NCBI GenBank assembly: GCA_039024555.1
Contig: JBCCQQ010000003.1
Location: 64,001-128,000 of the forward strand
DNA length: 64,000 nucleotides
Reading direction: 5' to 3'
From: Cyanobacteria bacterium P01_D01_bin.156
Lineage (GTDB): Bacteria > Cyanobacteriota > Cyanobacteriia > Phormidesmidales > Phormidesmidaceae
The notes under the pieces were generated by a model. That model was given only the letters and a program-made list of their open reading frames with translations, made no database searches and was not told where the DNA came from. The translations under genes were made by a program, and so were the position numbers. Below, in pieces: positions 21,269 through 30,908 of this stretch (its first letter is position 1; every line of letters starts with the position of its first letter).

Positions 21269-22138
21269 TTGAGTTGGGAACATAGGTACGTCAAGGCAAA
21301 TTCCGTAAGGTTACACTACGTAACTCAGGGACAGGGTAAGCTTCTGGTCTTACTGCATGGTCTCTTTGAATTTTGGTATTCTTGGCGATATCAACTGCCT
21401 TACTTATCGCGTCATTTCAAAGTCGTTGTTCCTGATTTACGAGGCTATAACGATTCTGATAAGCCTAGTCATGGTTATGACCTAGATACCCTAAGTGCTG
21501 ATATTCGGGCAATTATTCAGGAGCTGGGTTATCAGAAAGCCCATATCGTTGGTCATGATTGGGGAGGCACCGTTGCCTGTCATTTGGCGAATCGGTTTCC
21601 TACAAATATTGATCGGTTAGCTGTTTTAAGTACGCCTCAACGCTTACAAACAGTCTTAACCAATAAGCTCTCTATTAGCTGGGAGCATGTACAACGCAAT
21701 TGGCACCTATTAGCGTTGCAAACTCCTGGTATACCTCAGTGGCTTATCCAAGATAATTTGTCATCACTGTTAACCTACTTATTTCACCAGCAAGCTGTTC
21801 GTAAAAGCCCCTTCACTCGAGCGAATACTGAACTCTACCAGGCGGCATTAGAAAAGCCTGGTGTCATACCAGCCGTTTTGCAACATGTTCGTCATTGCTT
21901 TAGCCTCAACGAATGGTTAAGTACCTGGATAGGCACATCACAACGTTCTTTAACAGTTGGAGTCCCTACACTTTTGATGTGGGGCGAAGATGACGGTTTT
22001 ATTCCTGAATTAGGTAGTTTAGCTAGTCACGTCGTAAATAACAACTTATATAAACATTCAATTCCAGACTGTGGACATTGGATCCAACAAGAAGCTCCAA
22101 ATATTGTTAATCGCGAGCTTCTAGCGTTTTTAAACTAA
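21269..22138 (+). CDS. Alpha/beta fold hydrolase, epoxide-hydrolase-like
   Basis: LLHGLFEFWYSWR, DLRGYNDS, GHDWGG nucleophile, GHWIQQE. Confidence 0.9.
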   Translation: MSWEHRYVKANSVRLHYVTQGQGKLLVLLHGLFEFWYSWRYQLPYLSRHFKVVVPDLRGYNDSDKPSHGYDLDTLSADIRAIIQELGYQKAHIVGHDWGGTVACHLANRFPTNIDRLAVLSTPQRLQTVLTNKLSISWEHVQRNWHLLALQTPGIPQWLIQDNLSSLLTYLFHQQAVRKSPFTRANTELYQAALEKPGVIPAVLQHVRHCFSLNEWLSTWIGTSQRSLTVGVPTLLMWGEDDGFIPELGSLASHVVNNNLYKHSIPDCGHWIQQEAPNIVNRELLAFLN

Positions 22139-22543
22139 AGTTTCAAATCCTACATCTGTAAACGTTTGATAGAGCGCTTGACTCCCCAAAGTAGCAACTG
22201 CTGACAATTTTCAAGGTTTTCACGGTGGTTATTGATGTGATGCGTCTGGCCTTCGCACGCTATGTTCAGAGAGTATGGATGAACTTTAAACAAATGCACT
22301 TAATGTTGCTTATAATCTGCGCATTCACCAGTCGACTACTAAGTAAGACCCAAATTTTTAAACAGTTACCTTAGTCCGGATAGTTAATAATCATTTCATA
22401 ATTTACCGGGTCAACTTCAAGCTTCTATGGAAGTACTGATATCTGGCCTGTTCAAGATAAAGCTTTATGAAGATGGGGATAGAAGAAATTGATTGGTTTG
22501 ATTACTTAAAACCAAAACTTGCTCACTATGCGGGTACGTTTAT

Positions 22544-23248
22544 GTGCTCGTAATCCCGCGTAGGTCAACCTCCGCTGCTTGTGCTGTTCCTGAGATTCAA
22601 AGCTACAGAATTCCTATCGTCAAACATTTGAGACAAGGTTCCGACCTAGCGTTCTCTTTGAACATCTTTATGGCGTATCCAAACAATCTGGCAGAGTATC
22701 AAATGATGATGCTTTCGGATGAAAGTGCAGCAAATACTCGATCGAAGCTAGGACTTTTTCAAGCATTTGCAAAGTTGTATGAGCATGATTACGAGCTGTT
22801 AGACAGTATGCTTGAACTAGATGCAAATAATCCAGTTCGTTTAGCTACGTATATTCATGGCTTAATTTGTGACGAACAGGTTTATATCATTAGCAACTTA
22901 GCAACGGGAAAATCACAGCGATTTAATTCTACTGATGGGTTATGGACCATTGGTCGTGACCCACGGCAATCACATATTGCCATAGCGGATAAACGATTAT
23001 CTCGTTGCCATGCTGCACTGCAATACAGCACTGAACACAGAGGATTTATACTCTCCGATTTAGAAAGTACAAACGGCACGTATGTTAATGGCGAAAAGCT
23101 GAAACGAGTCTATGCCCTACGTGATGGCGATCGCATCCGCATTGGTAGCTCTTTATTTCATTTCTTCACTTGCTTTACTAAACCTAGATCCATACTCCCA
23201 AGTAGTGATCCAGTCGAGGACGGCGCAGACAATGGAACATTACATTAA
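22544..23248 (+). CDS. FHA domain protein
   Basis: IGRD, LSRCHA, DLESTNGTYVNG, LRDGDRIRIG; real start probably downstream (near 22670). Confidence 0.85.
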   Translation: MLVIPRRSTSAACAVPEIQSYRIPIVKHLRQGSDLAFSLNIFMAYPNNLAEYQMMMLSDESAANTRSKLGLFQAFAKLYEHDYELLDSMLELDANNPVRLATYIHGLICDEQVYIISNLATGKSQRFNSTDGLWTIGRDPRQSHIAIADKRLSRCHAALQYSTEHRGFILSDLESTNGTYVNGEKLKRVYALRDGDRIRIGSSLFHFFTCFTKPRSILPSSDPVEDGADNGTLH

Positions 23249-23325
23249 TTAAGTAGCAGCTATTGCTAAGGAATCAGGATTTAATAACGTCCATATTTTT
23301 GCTTGAAACAACGTCAGATATTGGG

Positions 23326-23414
23326 CCTCCTCCGGGGACGGGCTCTGCGTTAGGTTGACCGTTAGCGCTACGGATCCATCCGCCCCGCCTGCGGCACTCC
23401 TCCCCGGAGGGGAT
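23326..23414. repeat. GC-rich REP/small-dispersed-repeat-like palindromic element
   Basis: CCTCCGGGGA (23329-23338) and TCCCCGGAGG (23401-23410) form a perfect inverted repeat in an otherwise AT-rich intergenic region. Confidence 0.55.
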
Positions 23415-23441
23415 AAGTCGGTACATTATTAAATGCCGATC

Positions 23442-24542
23442 TTAAGCTTTTTCCTTGGTCTTGCGCGTCGTTGTTTTAGACTTACTAGCCGCAGGCTCTT
23501 CCTCAGGGGAGCTGACTTCTGGCTCAGATGCAGTTTCTCCACCAATTTCTAATACCTGTCGCAGCTGCTGTTCAACTTCAGTCGTGACATCAGGATTATC
23601 CATTAAATAGCGAATGGCATTATCTCGGCCCTGGCTAATGTTGTCACCTTTATAGCTGTACCAAGCACCTTTGCGAGTCAGAATATTTTGCTCTTCTGCT
23701 AGATCAACAATGCAGCCTAGGGTAGAAATACCTTCACCAAAAATGATGTCAAATTCAGCGATTCGGAACGGTGGGGCAATCTTATTTTTAGCAACCTTGA
23801 CCTTGGCCCGAATTCCAAACTGTTCATTTCCCTTTTTGAGGGTTTGAATGCGTCGGATATCTAAACGTACCGAGGCATAAAACTTGAGAGCGTTACCCCC
23901 GCTAGTCGTTTCAGGATTACCGTAGGTGACCCCAATCTTGAGCCGGAGCTGATTGAGAAAAATTACGGTACAGCCAGACTTACCGATGTTACCGGTAATT
24001 TTTCGTAGCGCCTGACTCATTAAACGAGCCTGTAGACCCACATGGGAATCACCCATTTCGCCTTCGATTTCAGCTCGTGGAACAAGCGCCGCAACGGAGT
24101 CAATGACAACGATATCAATTGCCGAGGAACGAACTAACTGATCCACAATTTCTAAGGCTGCTTCACCAGTGTCAGGCTGCGATACCAGCAAATCGTCAAT
24201 ATTCACCCCCAATGCAGCGGAATAGACCGGATCTAGAGCATGTTCAGCATCAACAAATGCTGCTACACCACCTTGTTTTTGAACTTCTGCGATCGCATGC
24301 AACGCTAGCGTCGTTTTACCTGAACTTTCAGGGCCATAAATCTCAATGATCCGTCCCCTGGGAATACCCCCACCCAGGGCCAAATCTAGGGTCATCGCCC
24401 CAGAAGGAATGGTTTCAACCTTCATGCGCTGCGCATCCCCGAGGCGCATAATGGTGCCTTTACCGAAGTTGCGCTCAATTTGATTGAGCACCATATCTAG
24501 GGCTTTTTTGCGCTCGTTGTTTTCGGTGGATGTTTTTGCCAT
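23442..24542 (-). CDS. recA: Recombinase A
   Basis: [40 protein letters not shown]. Confidence 0.99.
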   Translation of the reverse strand: MAKTSTENNERKKALDMVLNQIERNFGKGTIMRLGDAQRMKVETIPSGAMTLDLALGGGIPRGRIIEIYGPESSGKTTLALHAIAEVQKQGGVAAFVDAEHALDPVYSAALGVNIDDLLVSQPDTGEAALEIVDQLVRSSAIDIVVIDSVAALVPRAEIEGEMGDSHVGLQARLMSQALRKITGNIGKSGCTVIFLNQLRLKIGVTYGNPETTSGGNALKFYASVRLDIRRIQTLKKGNEQFGIRAKVKVAKNKIAPPFRIAEFDIIFGEGISTLGCIVDLAEEQNILTRKGAWYSYKGDNISQGRDNAIRYLMDNPDVTTEVEQQLRQVLEIGGETASEPEVSSPEEEPAASKSKTTTRKTKEKA

Positions 24543-24682
24543 GCTGCCTAAAATTTAAGATGAGTGTGGCTGAGTCCAGCCAATTATACGTTCACACTAT
24601 GGAGAGCAAACTATCTTACTGGAAGCAAAACCTGATCCAGAAATAACAAGTTCTATCCATCGCTGAAATTGTAACCGCAAGT

Positions 24683-24696
24683 CATACAAATGTACT
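24683..24696 (-). promoter_or_regulatory. Putative LexA box between recA and xseA
   Basis: AGTACATTTGTATG, one mismatch to the cyanobacterial consensus RGTACNNNDGTWCB. Confidence 0.6.
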
Positions 24697-24838
24697 ATAA
24701 AAGTACTATTTATTTATAGTTGCGTGGGGCAGTGAGTTAGAAGATCTCCATAGATTTTGCAAGTTAGCGCAACACTCGGAGCGCTCTAGATTGAACAGTA
24801 AACTATTTTCATAGTCCATAACCCTGATAAAACAATTT

Positions 24839-26062
24839 ATGGCAGCGGATAGCTTAGACTTCAAAGCAGTCAGTGTGGCAGGGGTCACCGAATATATCCA
24901 ACTACTACTAGAAGGGGACGAGAACCTACGCAATATTTGGATTATTGGTGAAGTCTCCAGCGCCCGCAACCATGGTAGCGGCTGTTTTTTTGCGCTGCAG
25001 GAACCCGATGGCTCAGCTACTCTCAATGCAGTGGTTTGGCGCAGCCAGCTACCTAAACTCAGTGTTTTGCCTACGGTCGGTGAGCAGGTCATAGTCTTGG
25101 GCCAGCTCAAGGTTTATCCCAAACGAGGCAGCTATCAACTAACAACCTGGCAAGTATTACCTGCTGGAGATGGGTTACAAGCACTGAGATATCGTCAGCT
25201 GCGCAGCCGCCTAGCGAGTGAGGGGTTATTTGATGCAGAACGCAAACGACCACTGCCAGAATTTCCCAACCACATTGCAGTTGTCACATCAGCCCAGGCC
25301 GCAGCTTGGGGCGACATTCAACAAACCTTAACCCAGCGACATCCAGGGCTCAAGGTGCTGTTATCGCCTGCCATTGTACAGGGGGCTCAAGCACCGAGAT
25401 CCATTGCCCAGGCTATCGACAATGTGGTGACGGATGGTCGTGCAGAAGTCTTGCTGCTAGGTCGAGGGGGCGGTGCCGTGGAAGATTTGGTATGTTTTGA
25501 CGACGAGCGGGTCGTAAGAGCGATCTCAACCTGCCCAATACCAGTGATTACGGGCATTGGGCATGAACGTGACGAATCCTTAGCTGATTTGGTCGCCGAT
25601 GTCTGCGCTCACACACCGACCGCTGCTGCTGAGCAAATTGTGCCATCCCTCAGCGACTTACGTTATCAACAAGCTCAGCTTTTACAGCGTCTCGCCCAGG
25701 TTACTGGGACCCGGCTTTACCAACAAAAAACTCATCTCAATCAGCTTTCTCTACGTTTACAGCGACTGCATCCAGAACGTCAGCTCAACCAAGCTCATCA
25801 GGAGCACCAGTGGCGTACACAAAGACTGCTGAAAGCCATGCAAAATCATCTCCAGTCCGCACAACATCGGCATCAGCTGCTTACTGAAAAACTCGCCACG
25901 CTAGATCCTGAAGCAGTACTGCACCGTGGCTATGCGTTAGTCAAGGAAGCGTCTGGTGCAATTGTCACAAAGACCGATATGGTATCTCCCGGCGATACTA
26001 TTACTGTTCAACTCGCTCAGGGACAGATTGAAGCAGAAGTCATTAACCTGGAAGATAAGTAA
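24839..26062 (+). CDS. xseA: Exodeoxyribonuclease VII large subunit
   Basis: WIIGEVS OB-fold, GRGGG..EDL..FDDE, TGIGHERD..LAD, TPTAAAE, LHRGYA. Confidence 0.96.
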   Translation: MAADSLDFKAVSVAGVTEYIQLLLEGDENLRNIWIIGEVSSARNHGSGCFFALQEPDGSATLNAVVWRSQLPKLSVLPTVGEQVIVLGQLKVYPKRGSYQLTTWQVLPAGDGLQALRYRQLRSRLASEGLFDAERKRPLPEFPNHIAVVTSAQAAAWGDIQQTLTQRHPGLKVLLSPAIVQGAQAPRSIAQAIDNVVTDGRAEVLLLGRGGGAVEDLVCFDDERVVRAISTCPIPVITGIGHERDESLADLVADVCAHTPTAAAEQIVPSLSDLRYQQAQLLQRLAQVTGTRLYQQKTHLNQLSLRLQRLHPERQLNQAHQEHQWRTQRLLKAMQNHLQSAQHRHQLLTEKLATLDPEAVLHRGYALVKEASGAIVTKTDMVSPGDTITVQLAQGQIEAEVINLEDK

Positions 26063-26088
26063 CTATTCTGCACATCTGCACTATCCCA

Positions 26089-26316
26089 ATGCCAAGAGCT
26101 AAAAAAACTGCTGATACCTGGAACTATGAAGCTTCCGTTGAACAAGTAGAGGTAATCATTACTGAGCTAGAAACCGGCGAACTACCCCTCGCTAGTATTT
26201 TTGAACAGTTTGAAAAAGCAGTCACGGAACTCAAAAAGTGCGACAGCTTTCTGCAAGAAAAACAACAACAGGCACAGTTGCTGATTGAAACCTTACTGCC
26301 GGACGAGCCTGAATAA
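26089..26316 (+). CDS. xseB: Exodeoxyribonuclease VII small subunit
   Basis: YEASVEQVE.II.ELE.GELPL; directly follows xseA. Confidence 0.92.
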   Translation: MPRAKKTADTWNYEASVEQVEVIITELETGELPLASIFEQFEKAVTELKKCDSFLQEKQQQAQLLIETLLPDEPE

Positions 26317-26322
26317 ATAAGA

Positions 26323-27000
26323 CTACCTTGCCTTAAAGTTTTGGGCATCCAGTGCTAGTAGCTCTTGCCGAAAGGCTTTGAACGAAGGACATAGAGTAGA
26401 AACTATATCCAAGTCCATAGCACTAGCCAGCTCTCGACGAATATGATGCGATTGTCGAGATGGGTGTGCAATCTCCTGGGTCCATTGCTGCAATTTTTGC
26501 TTCGCTTCAGCACAAGCTAGTTTTTCAGGTGCTTGGCAGTCATGGTCAATCTTGCCAATAACTTGACTAATCGCTTTTGAGTCTGCAATTAACCAGGACT
26601 CAAATTCTTTAACGGCTACGCCAACAGCACCTGTAAGTAAATTTCTATCTAACGCGTTTCTTAGTACAGAAGCACGCTCTGCAGGAGGCTGATCGTCACT
26701 ATCTACAAGAAAAACAATCAAGGGAGGTGTCAACAACCAACCTGCCAAAATTTCATCCAGCAGATTGTTATCTAGTAGTTGACTACCCCGAGCACGCGCA
26801 CCAGTTTTTGTACGTAGGGGTTCTACAAAATCAATAGCTGCAGAAGGGATTTGAGCCCCTTCTGCCAAAATTCGCTGCACAATGACATGAACTGGTCCCC
26901 AATCATTGGGCTGTAATGAATTCTTAGGCGATATATCCCATGAAGATACCCCTAAATCTCCCGGTCCTTCTGCATGTACCACCATACAAATCGCTGTCAT
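26323..27000 (-). CDS. DUF4276-like / TOPRIM-like hypothetical protein
   Basis: AEGPGD, LVDSDD and AVKEFESWLIAD motifs, C-terminal CPSF; ATG 1 nt after the ATPase stop (TAA-G-ATG). Confidence 0.65.
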   Translation of the reverse strand: MTAICMVVHAEGPGDLGVSSWDISPKNSLQPNDWGPVHVIVQRILAEGAQIPSAAIDFVEPLRTKTGARARGSQLLDNNLLDEILAGWLLTPPLIVFLVDSDDQPPAERASVLRNALDRNLLTGAVGVAVKEFESWLIADSKAISQVIGKIDHDCQAPEKLACAEAKQKLQQWTQEIAHPSRQSHHIRRELASAMDLDIVSTLCPSFKAFRQELLALDAQNFKAR

Positions 27001-27001
27001 C

Positions 27002-27955
27002 TTAAATTCCAGGCACTCCACCAAGAGCACCTGTCATCCACATACTGCCTAAGGAACTTTGGAATTGGTCATATACTCTTTGCCAGTTTGGATTATCAAT
27101 AGGAGCTTGCTCAATTTCGGTTTCACCAGTTTCACGGCTGCGACGAATAAAACGAACTTCCTCAGGCTCTAGGCAGTTTAGAAAAGATTGGGAGTGGGTG
27201 GTGCAGACAATTTGTATTGGCTCATTATTGAATTCACCTCTGCTTAGTTGCCGAAACATCTCAACAACGTGACGCTGAAGATAAGGATGTAAGGCCCTAT
27301 CCGGATCTTCGATTACTGCAAGCGTTGGTGCATCTTTCTGGAAACAAAGAGCGACTAAAGCGGCAGTCAGCATAGTACCGTCTGACACTTGATCTGGTTC
27401 GTACCAAAAATCTTTCTGCCAGCGGTCTAGAAACTGTAAGCGAACTTGTCCCTGTATTGCTCTAACTTTGACATCAGAATACATTGGTATGAGACGAGTA
27501 AACGTCTCTACATACATACTTTGAGCCGTTCTTGAAAGGGTGTTGAAAAGATTCGCTAAGTGACTTCCCCTTGAATCAAGCTTCCATATCTCATTGGCTT
27601 GATACGACCCGCATAATGCACTCAATAAAAATGAATATTTAAACCTTTTGCCCGTCAAAATTTTAGAGGGATCATAAGATGGCGCTCCCCCTTGAGTCCA
27701 AATTGGGTGTTCTTTACCTTGCCAAAAATAACTGCGTTCAAAGAATTGGATGTACTCTTCAGTATGGTATGCAGGTGCATCTAATCTCTTCAAATACTTA
27801 TCTTCTTTAATCAAATCTTTTGGAGACACAGTTAGAGCATCTGCGATCGCACTTTTCCCAGATGCATTAGGCCCCACAAACACCGTAAACGGACCTAATT
27901 CCAACGTGACATCTCGGAGACAACGAAAATTTTGAATGCGGACGCTTTCTATCAC
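27002..27955 (-). CDS. ABC-type (AAA_21/AAA_15-like) ATPase
   Basis: IQNFRCL, Walker A GPNASGKS, signature SDGT, Walker B/D-loop VIEDPDRALHP, TTHS; GTG start at 27955 assumed. Confidence 0.85.
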   Translation of the reverse strand: MIESVRIQNFRCLRDVTLELGPFTVFVGPNASGKSAIADALTVSPKDLIKEDKYLKRLDAPAYHTEEYIQFFERSYFWQGKEHPIWTQGGAPSYDPSKILTGKRFKYSFLLSALCGSYQANEIWKLDSRGSHLANLFNTLSRTAQSMYVETFTRLIPMYSDVKVRAIQGQVRLQFLDRWQKDFWYEPDQVSDGTMLTAALVALCFQKDAPTLAVIEDPDRALHPYLQRHVVEMFRQLSRGEFNNEPIQIVCTTHSQSFLNCLEPEEVRFIRRSRETGETEIEQAPIDNPNWQRVYDQFQSSLGSMWMTGALGGVPGI

Positions 27956-28034
27956 AGCGATTTCTAAACGCAACCTTCAGAGCCAGACCTAGCTCTGGGC
28001 ACATCATAGCGCTCTCACGTTAACAGTTAGTCGT

Positions 28035-28787
28035 TCAATTAACGGCTGCCGTCAGCAAAATCGTAAACGCAGTACCCTCTCCGGGAGTACTTTTCACGGC
28101 AATAGACGCTCCACAGTGCGCCAACCATTGCTGCACCAGTGCCAAGCCTAAACCATTGCCATCCGATAGATGGTTATAAAACGGATCAAAAATTTGACTC
28201 AACTCATTTGAAGCCATTCCACAGCCATTATCTTGAATCACTAGGGCAACTTGTCGATCTCCATGCTGGTGAGCTTTAACCCAAATGCGCCCATTAGCCT
28301 TAACGAAACGAATACTGTTTGCCAATACCCCCACTAAGACCTGCTTAAGGTAACTCTCAATCGCCAATACAGGGGGAAGCTCTTTAGCAACTGTATAGGC
28401 TAAGAGAATGTTGTTTTCCTGAGTTAAAGGCTGATACATGCTGACCACACCAGGCACTAAATCCCACAGCTGAACCTTTTCCTGGGTAGATACCTGGGGC
28501 ATCAGTTGCAGCTGCAACAGCTCAAAAACATTGTTAATAAGACCACTTTGCCGATCGCAGGCCTGGCCAATCATGTCTAAATAACGTTGCCGCTGCTGCG
28601 GTCTCAGGTGCGGCGAATTGAGCAACGTTAAGGCCGTTTTAATCGTGGTGATTGGATTATTGAGTTCTTGAGCAGCCGTCTTAAGAAACTGAGGCGTAAT
28701 AACCTCAGGCGGAGGCGATGGCGTTTCTGACGCGCGTAAGCCCTGGGGCGATGTTAAAGCAGATGACCTGGCCCTAGAAGCATCCAT
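28035..28787 (-). CDS. Histidine-kinase-like protein (HisKA-like + HATPase_c) lacking the phospho-acceptor His
   Basis: AAQELNNPITTI in place of HELRxPL; NSIRF, DNGCG, IFDPFY, GLGL. Confidence 0.8.
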   Translation of the reverse strand: MDASRARSSALTSPQGLRASETPSPPPEVITPQFLKTAAQELNNPITTIKTALTLLNSPHLRPQQRQRYLDMIGQACDRQSGLINNVFELLQLQLMPQVSTQEKVQLWDLVPGVVSMYQPLTQENNILLAYTVAKELPPVLAIESYLKQVLVGVLANSIRFVKANGRIWVKAHQHGDRQVALVIQDNGCGMASNELSQIFDPFYNHLSDGNGLGLALVQQWLAHCGASIAVKSTPGEGTAFTILLTAAVN

Positions 28788-28920
28788 AGTAAGTAAGCGC
28801 GCCCAAGGCGGTTGATGGCTATTTTCTAAAGGGTAGTCAAGAGGTAAGGATGATAAATGGGTATTCTCACTTAACTTTCAGTACTAGCACTGAGTAGAGT
28901 CGCGTACTGCTGCCCAACAT

Positions 28921-30423
28921 TTAGGAGGATAAACGGTTTGTCAAAGCAAGCTTGGCCTGTTCTCGATCGTCAAAGTGTATTTTCTCTGTTCCAAGGATTT
29001 GGTAGTCTTCGTGGCCTTTGCCCGCAATCAGAATGCCATCCCCTGGTTTAGCTGAAGAAACCGCGTGTTGAATAGCAGCTGCGCGATCGCAAATGATGAC
29101 ATTCTCATCTAATGGACCATCAATCCCAGCAACTACGTCTGCCAAAATCTTTTCTGGTTCTTCAGTGCGTGGATTATCCGAGGTAATCACAACGCGATCT
29201 GCTAGATCGTAGGCAATTTTTCCCATCAATGGACGCTTGGTGCGATCGCGATCTCCACCACAGCCAAACACACAAATCATGTCGCCACTAATAAAAGGAC
29301 GGGCCGCCCGCAACGCATTCTCCAAACTATCTGGCGTGTGCGCATAGTCAACAATCACACTGATATCTTGTTCAGGGCTCGCCTGCACTCGCTCCATTCG
29401 ACCAGGCACACCGCTAAACCCTTTCAAAGCAGCAATTACAGACTCTAGGGGAACACCCAAATGAATAGCCGCTCCGGCTGCTGCCAATAAATTTTCTAGA
29501 TTGAACTGCCCTACTAGAGGTGAGGTAAAGGACACTGAGCCTACGGGAGTTACCAAGGTACCGACCATCCCCGCCGAGCTATAGCTAACATCAGTGGCAT
29601 GGAGATCGGCTCTGGTATCCGAAATATGATAGCTCCATACTTTTTGCCGCCCTAGGCGGTCAATGAGTCTTTGGCCATAGGGGGCTTTACTATTGATAAT
29701 GGCCCGACCCTTTAGGTAGTCCGAACTAAAAAGCAGGGCTTTAGCTTCAAAGTAGTCCTCAAACGTCTTGTGATAGTCCAGATGGTCTTGGGTCAGGTTG
29801 GTGAAAACAGCCACTTCAAAGGAACAACCCCAGACTCGTTTTTGAGCCAGCGCATGGGAGCTCACTTCCATAATGGCGTGGCCACAGCCTGCATCCACAA
29901 CTTTGGCCAACTCTCGTTGTAACTCAACCGGAAACGGAGTCGTGTGAACAGCTGTTTCTTGGTGTCCGGGCCAGCGGGTGTAGAGGGTCCCCAAGAGTCC
30001 CGTAGGCACCTGAGCCGTATTCAGCAAGTGCTCAACAATATGGGTAGTGGTAGTTTTACCATTTGTACCGGTTACACCCACTAAATGTAGCGTTTGACCT
30101 GGATAATCATAGAACGCTGCGGCTAATTCCCCACAGACAGTGGGAATATCATCGACAGGAATCAGTAATACGGATTCATCAACAGAAGGCTTAGATTCCA
30201 GAGCATGGATCGAGATGATGGCTGCGATCGCACCCTTTTCTATAGCGCCAGGCCAAAATTCTCCACCATCGACCCGAGTACCAGGCATACCGATAAATAA
30301 ATCGCCTGGCTCGCAGTTTTTAGAGTTCACACATAGCCCAGTGACGGATTGATCCAAAGCTGGATGATCTATGTTGGGCACTAGCTCGGCTGGTAACTTT
30401 GCCAGTAACTCACGCAGCGTCAT
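28921..30423 (-). CDS. murE: UDP-MurNAc-tripeptide synthetase (meso-DAP ligase)
   Basis: GVTGTNGKTT, MEVSSHAL, TNLTQDHLDYH, DYAHTPD, DNPR (DAP-specific), AGKGHE. Confidence 0.97.
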   Translation of the reverse strand: MTLRELLAKLPAELVPNIDHPALDQSVTGLCVNSKNCEPGDLFIGMPGTRVDGGEFWPGAIEKGAIAAIISIHALESKPSVDESVLLIPVDDIPTVCGELAAAFYDYPGQTLHLVGVTGTNGKTTTTHIVEHLLNTAQVPTGLLGTLYTRWPGHQETAVHTTPFPVELQRELAKVVDAGCGHAIMEVSSHALAQKRVWGCSFEVAVFTNLTQDHLDYHKTFEDYFEAKALLFSSDYLKGRAIINSKAPYGQRLIDRLGRQKVWSYHISDTRADLHATDVSYSSAGMVGTLVTPVGSVSFTSPLVGQFNLENLLAAAGAAIHLGVPLESVIAALKGFSGVPGRMERVQASPEQDISVIVDYAHTPDSLENALRAARPFISGDMICVFGCGGDRDRTKRPLMGKIAYDLADRVVITSDNPRTEEPEKILADVVAGIDGPLDENVIICDRAAAIQHAVSSAKPGDGILIAGKGHEDYQILGTEKIHFDDREQAKLALTNRLSS

Positions 30424-30455
30424 ACAGGTTTCTCCGATCTCTGATTTATCTGCGG

Positions 30456-30749
30456 TTATTCTGCCTCAAAGGGTCCTAGATATGTCTGTAACATTTGCTC
30501 TAACTGACGGAGTGGAGCTCTGGGAGACAATCGGGGAAGTGGCTGCTCCTTTTGCACTTCAGGCGTTTCGGGATAGTTGACCATACGACATAAAACAGGA
30601 ATTTCATACTGATATTCCGCAAACCAGGCTGGGTTTTGGGTAATGTCTCGCATTTCCACATCGATGGGCAGATTTAACTGCTCTAATTTTTCCTCTAGAC
30701 CTTCGCAGAGGTGACAACCAGGCTTTGTGTAAAAAATAAGCTTTTTCAT
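30456..30749 (-). CDS. Glutaredoxin-like protein (DUF836)
   Basis: YTKPGCHLCE CxxC motif, EIPVL. Confidence 0.88.
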   Translation of the reverse strand: MKKLIFYTKPGCHLCEGLEEKLEQLNLPIDVEMRDITQNPAWFAEYQYEIPVLCRMVNYPETPEVQKEQPLPRLSPRAPLRQLEQMLQTYLGPFEAE

Positions 30750-30808
30750 GAACTTTATTGTCCTACGCTGTGGGCAAACTGGTGGCGTTCCGGTTAATAC
30801 CCATTCAA

Positions 30809-30863
30809 CCTATCGGATTAATCTACAATTCCCCGGTGGGTTATGTAGGATTATTGCGATAGG
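30809..30863. promoter_or_regulatory. Imperfect ~55-bp inverted repeat between divergent glutaredoxin-like gene and cysH
   Basis: CCTATCG...TAATCTACA...TGTAGGATTA...CGATAGG. Confidence 0.4.
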
Positions 30864-30908
30864 ATTGTTCCATGTGAGTCTTTATGAGGATTATCCTCAA
30901 TCAAAATT

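Noticed and set aside
24839..27955. Retron system (XseAB process msDNA; ATPase-TOPRIM effectors occur in retrons)
   Set aside because: No reverse transcriptase gene and no room for an msr-msd ncRNA
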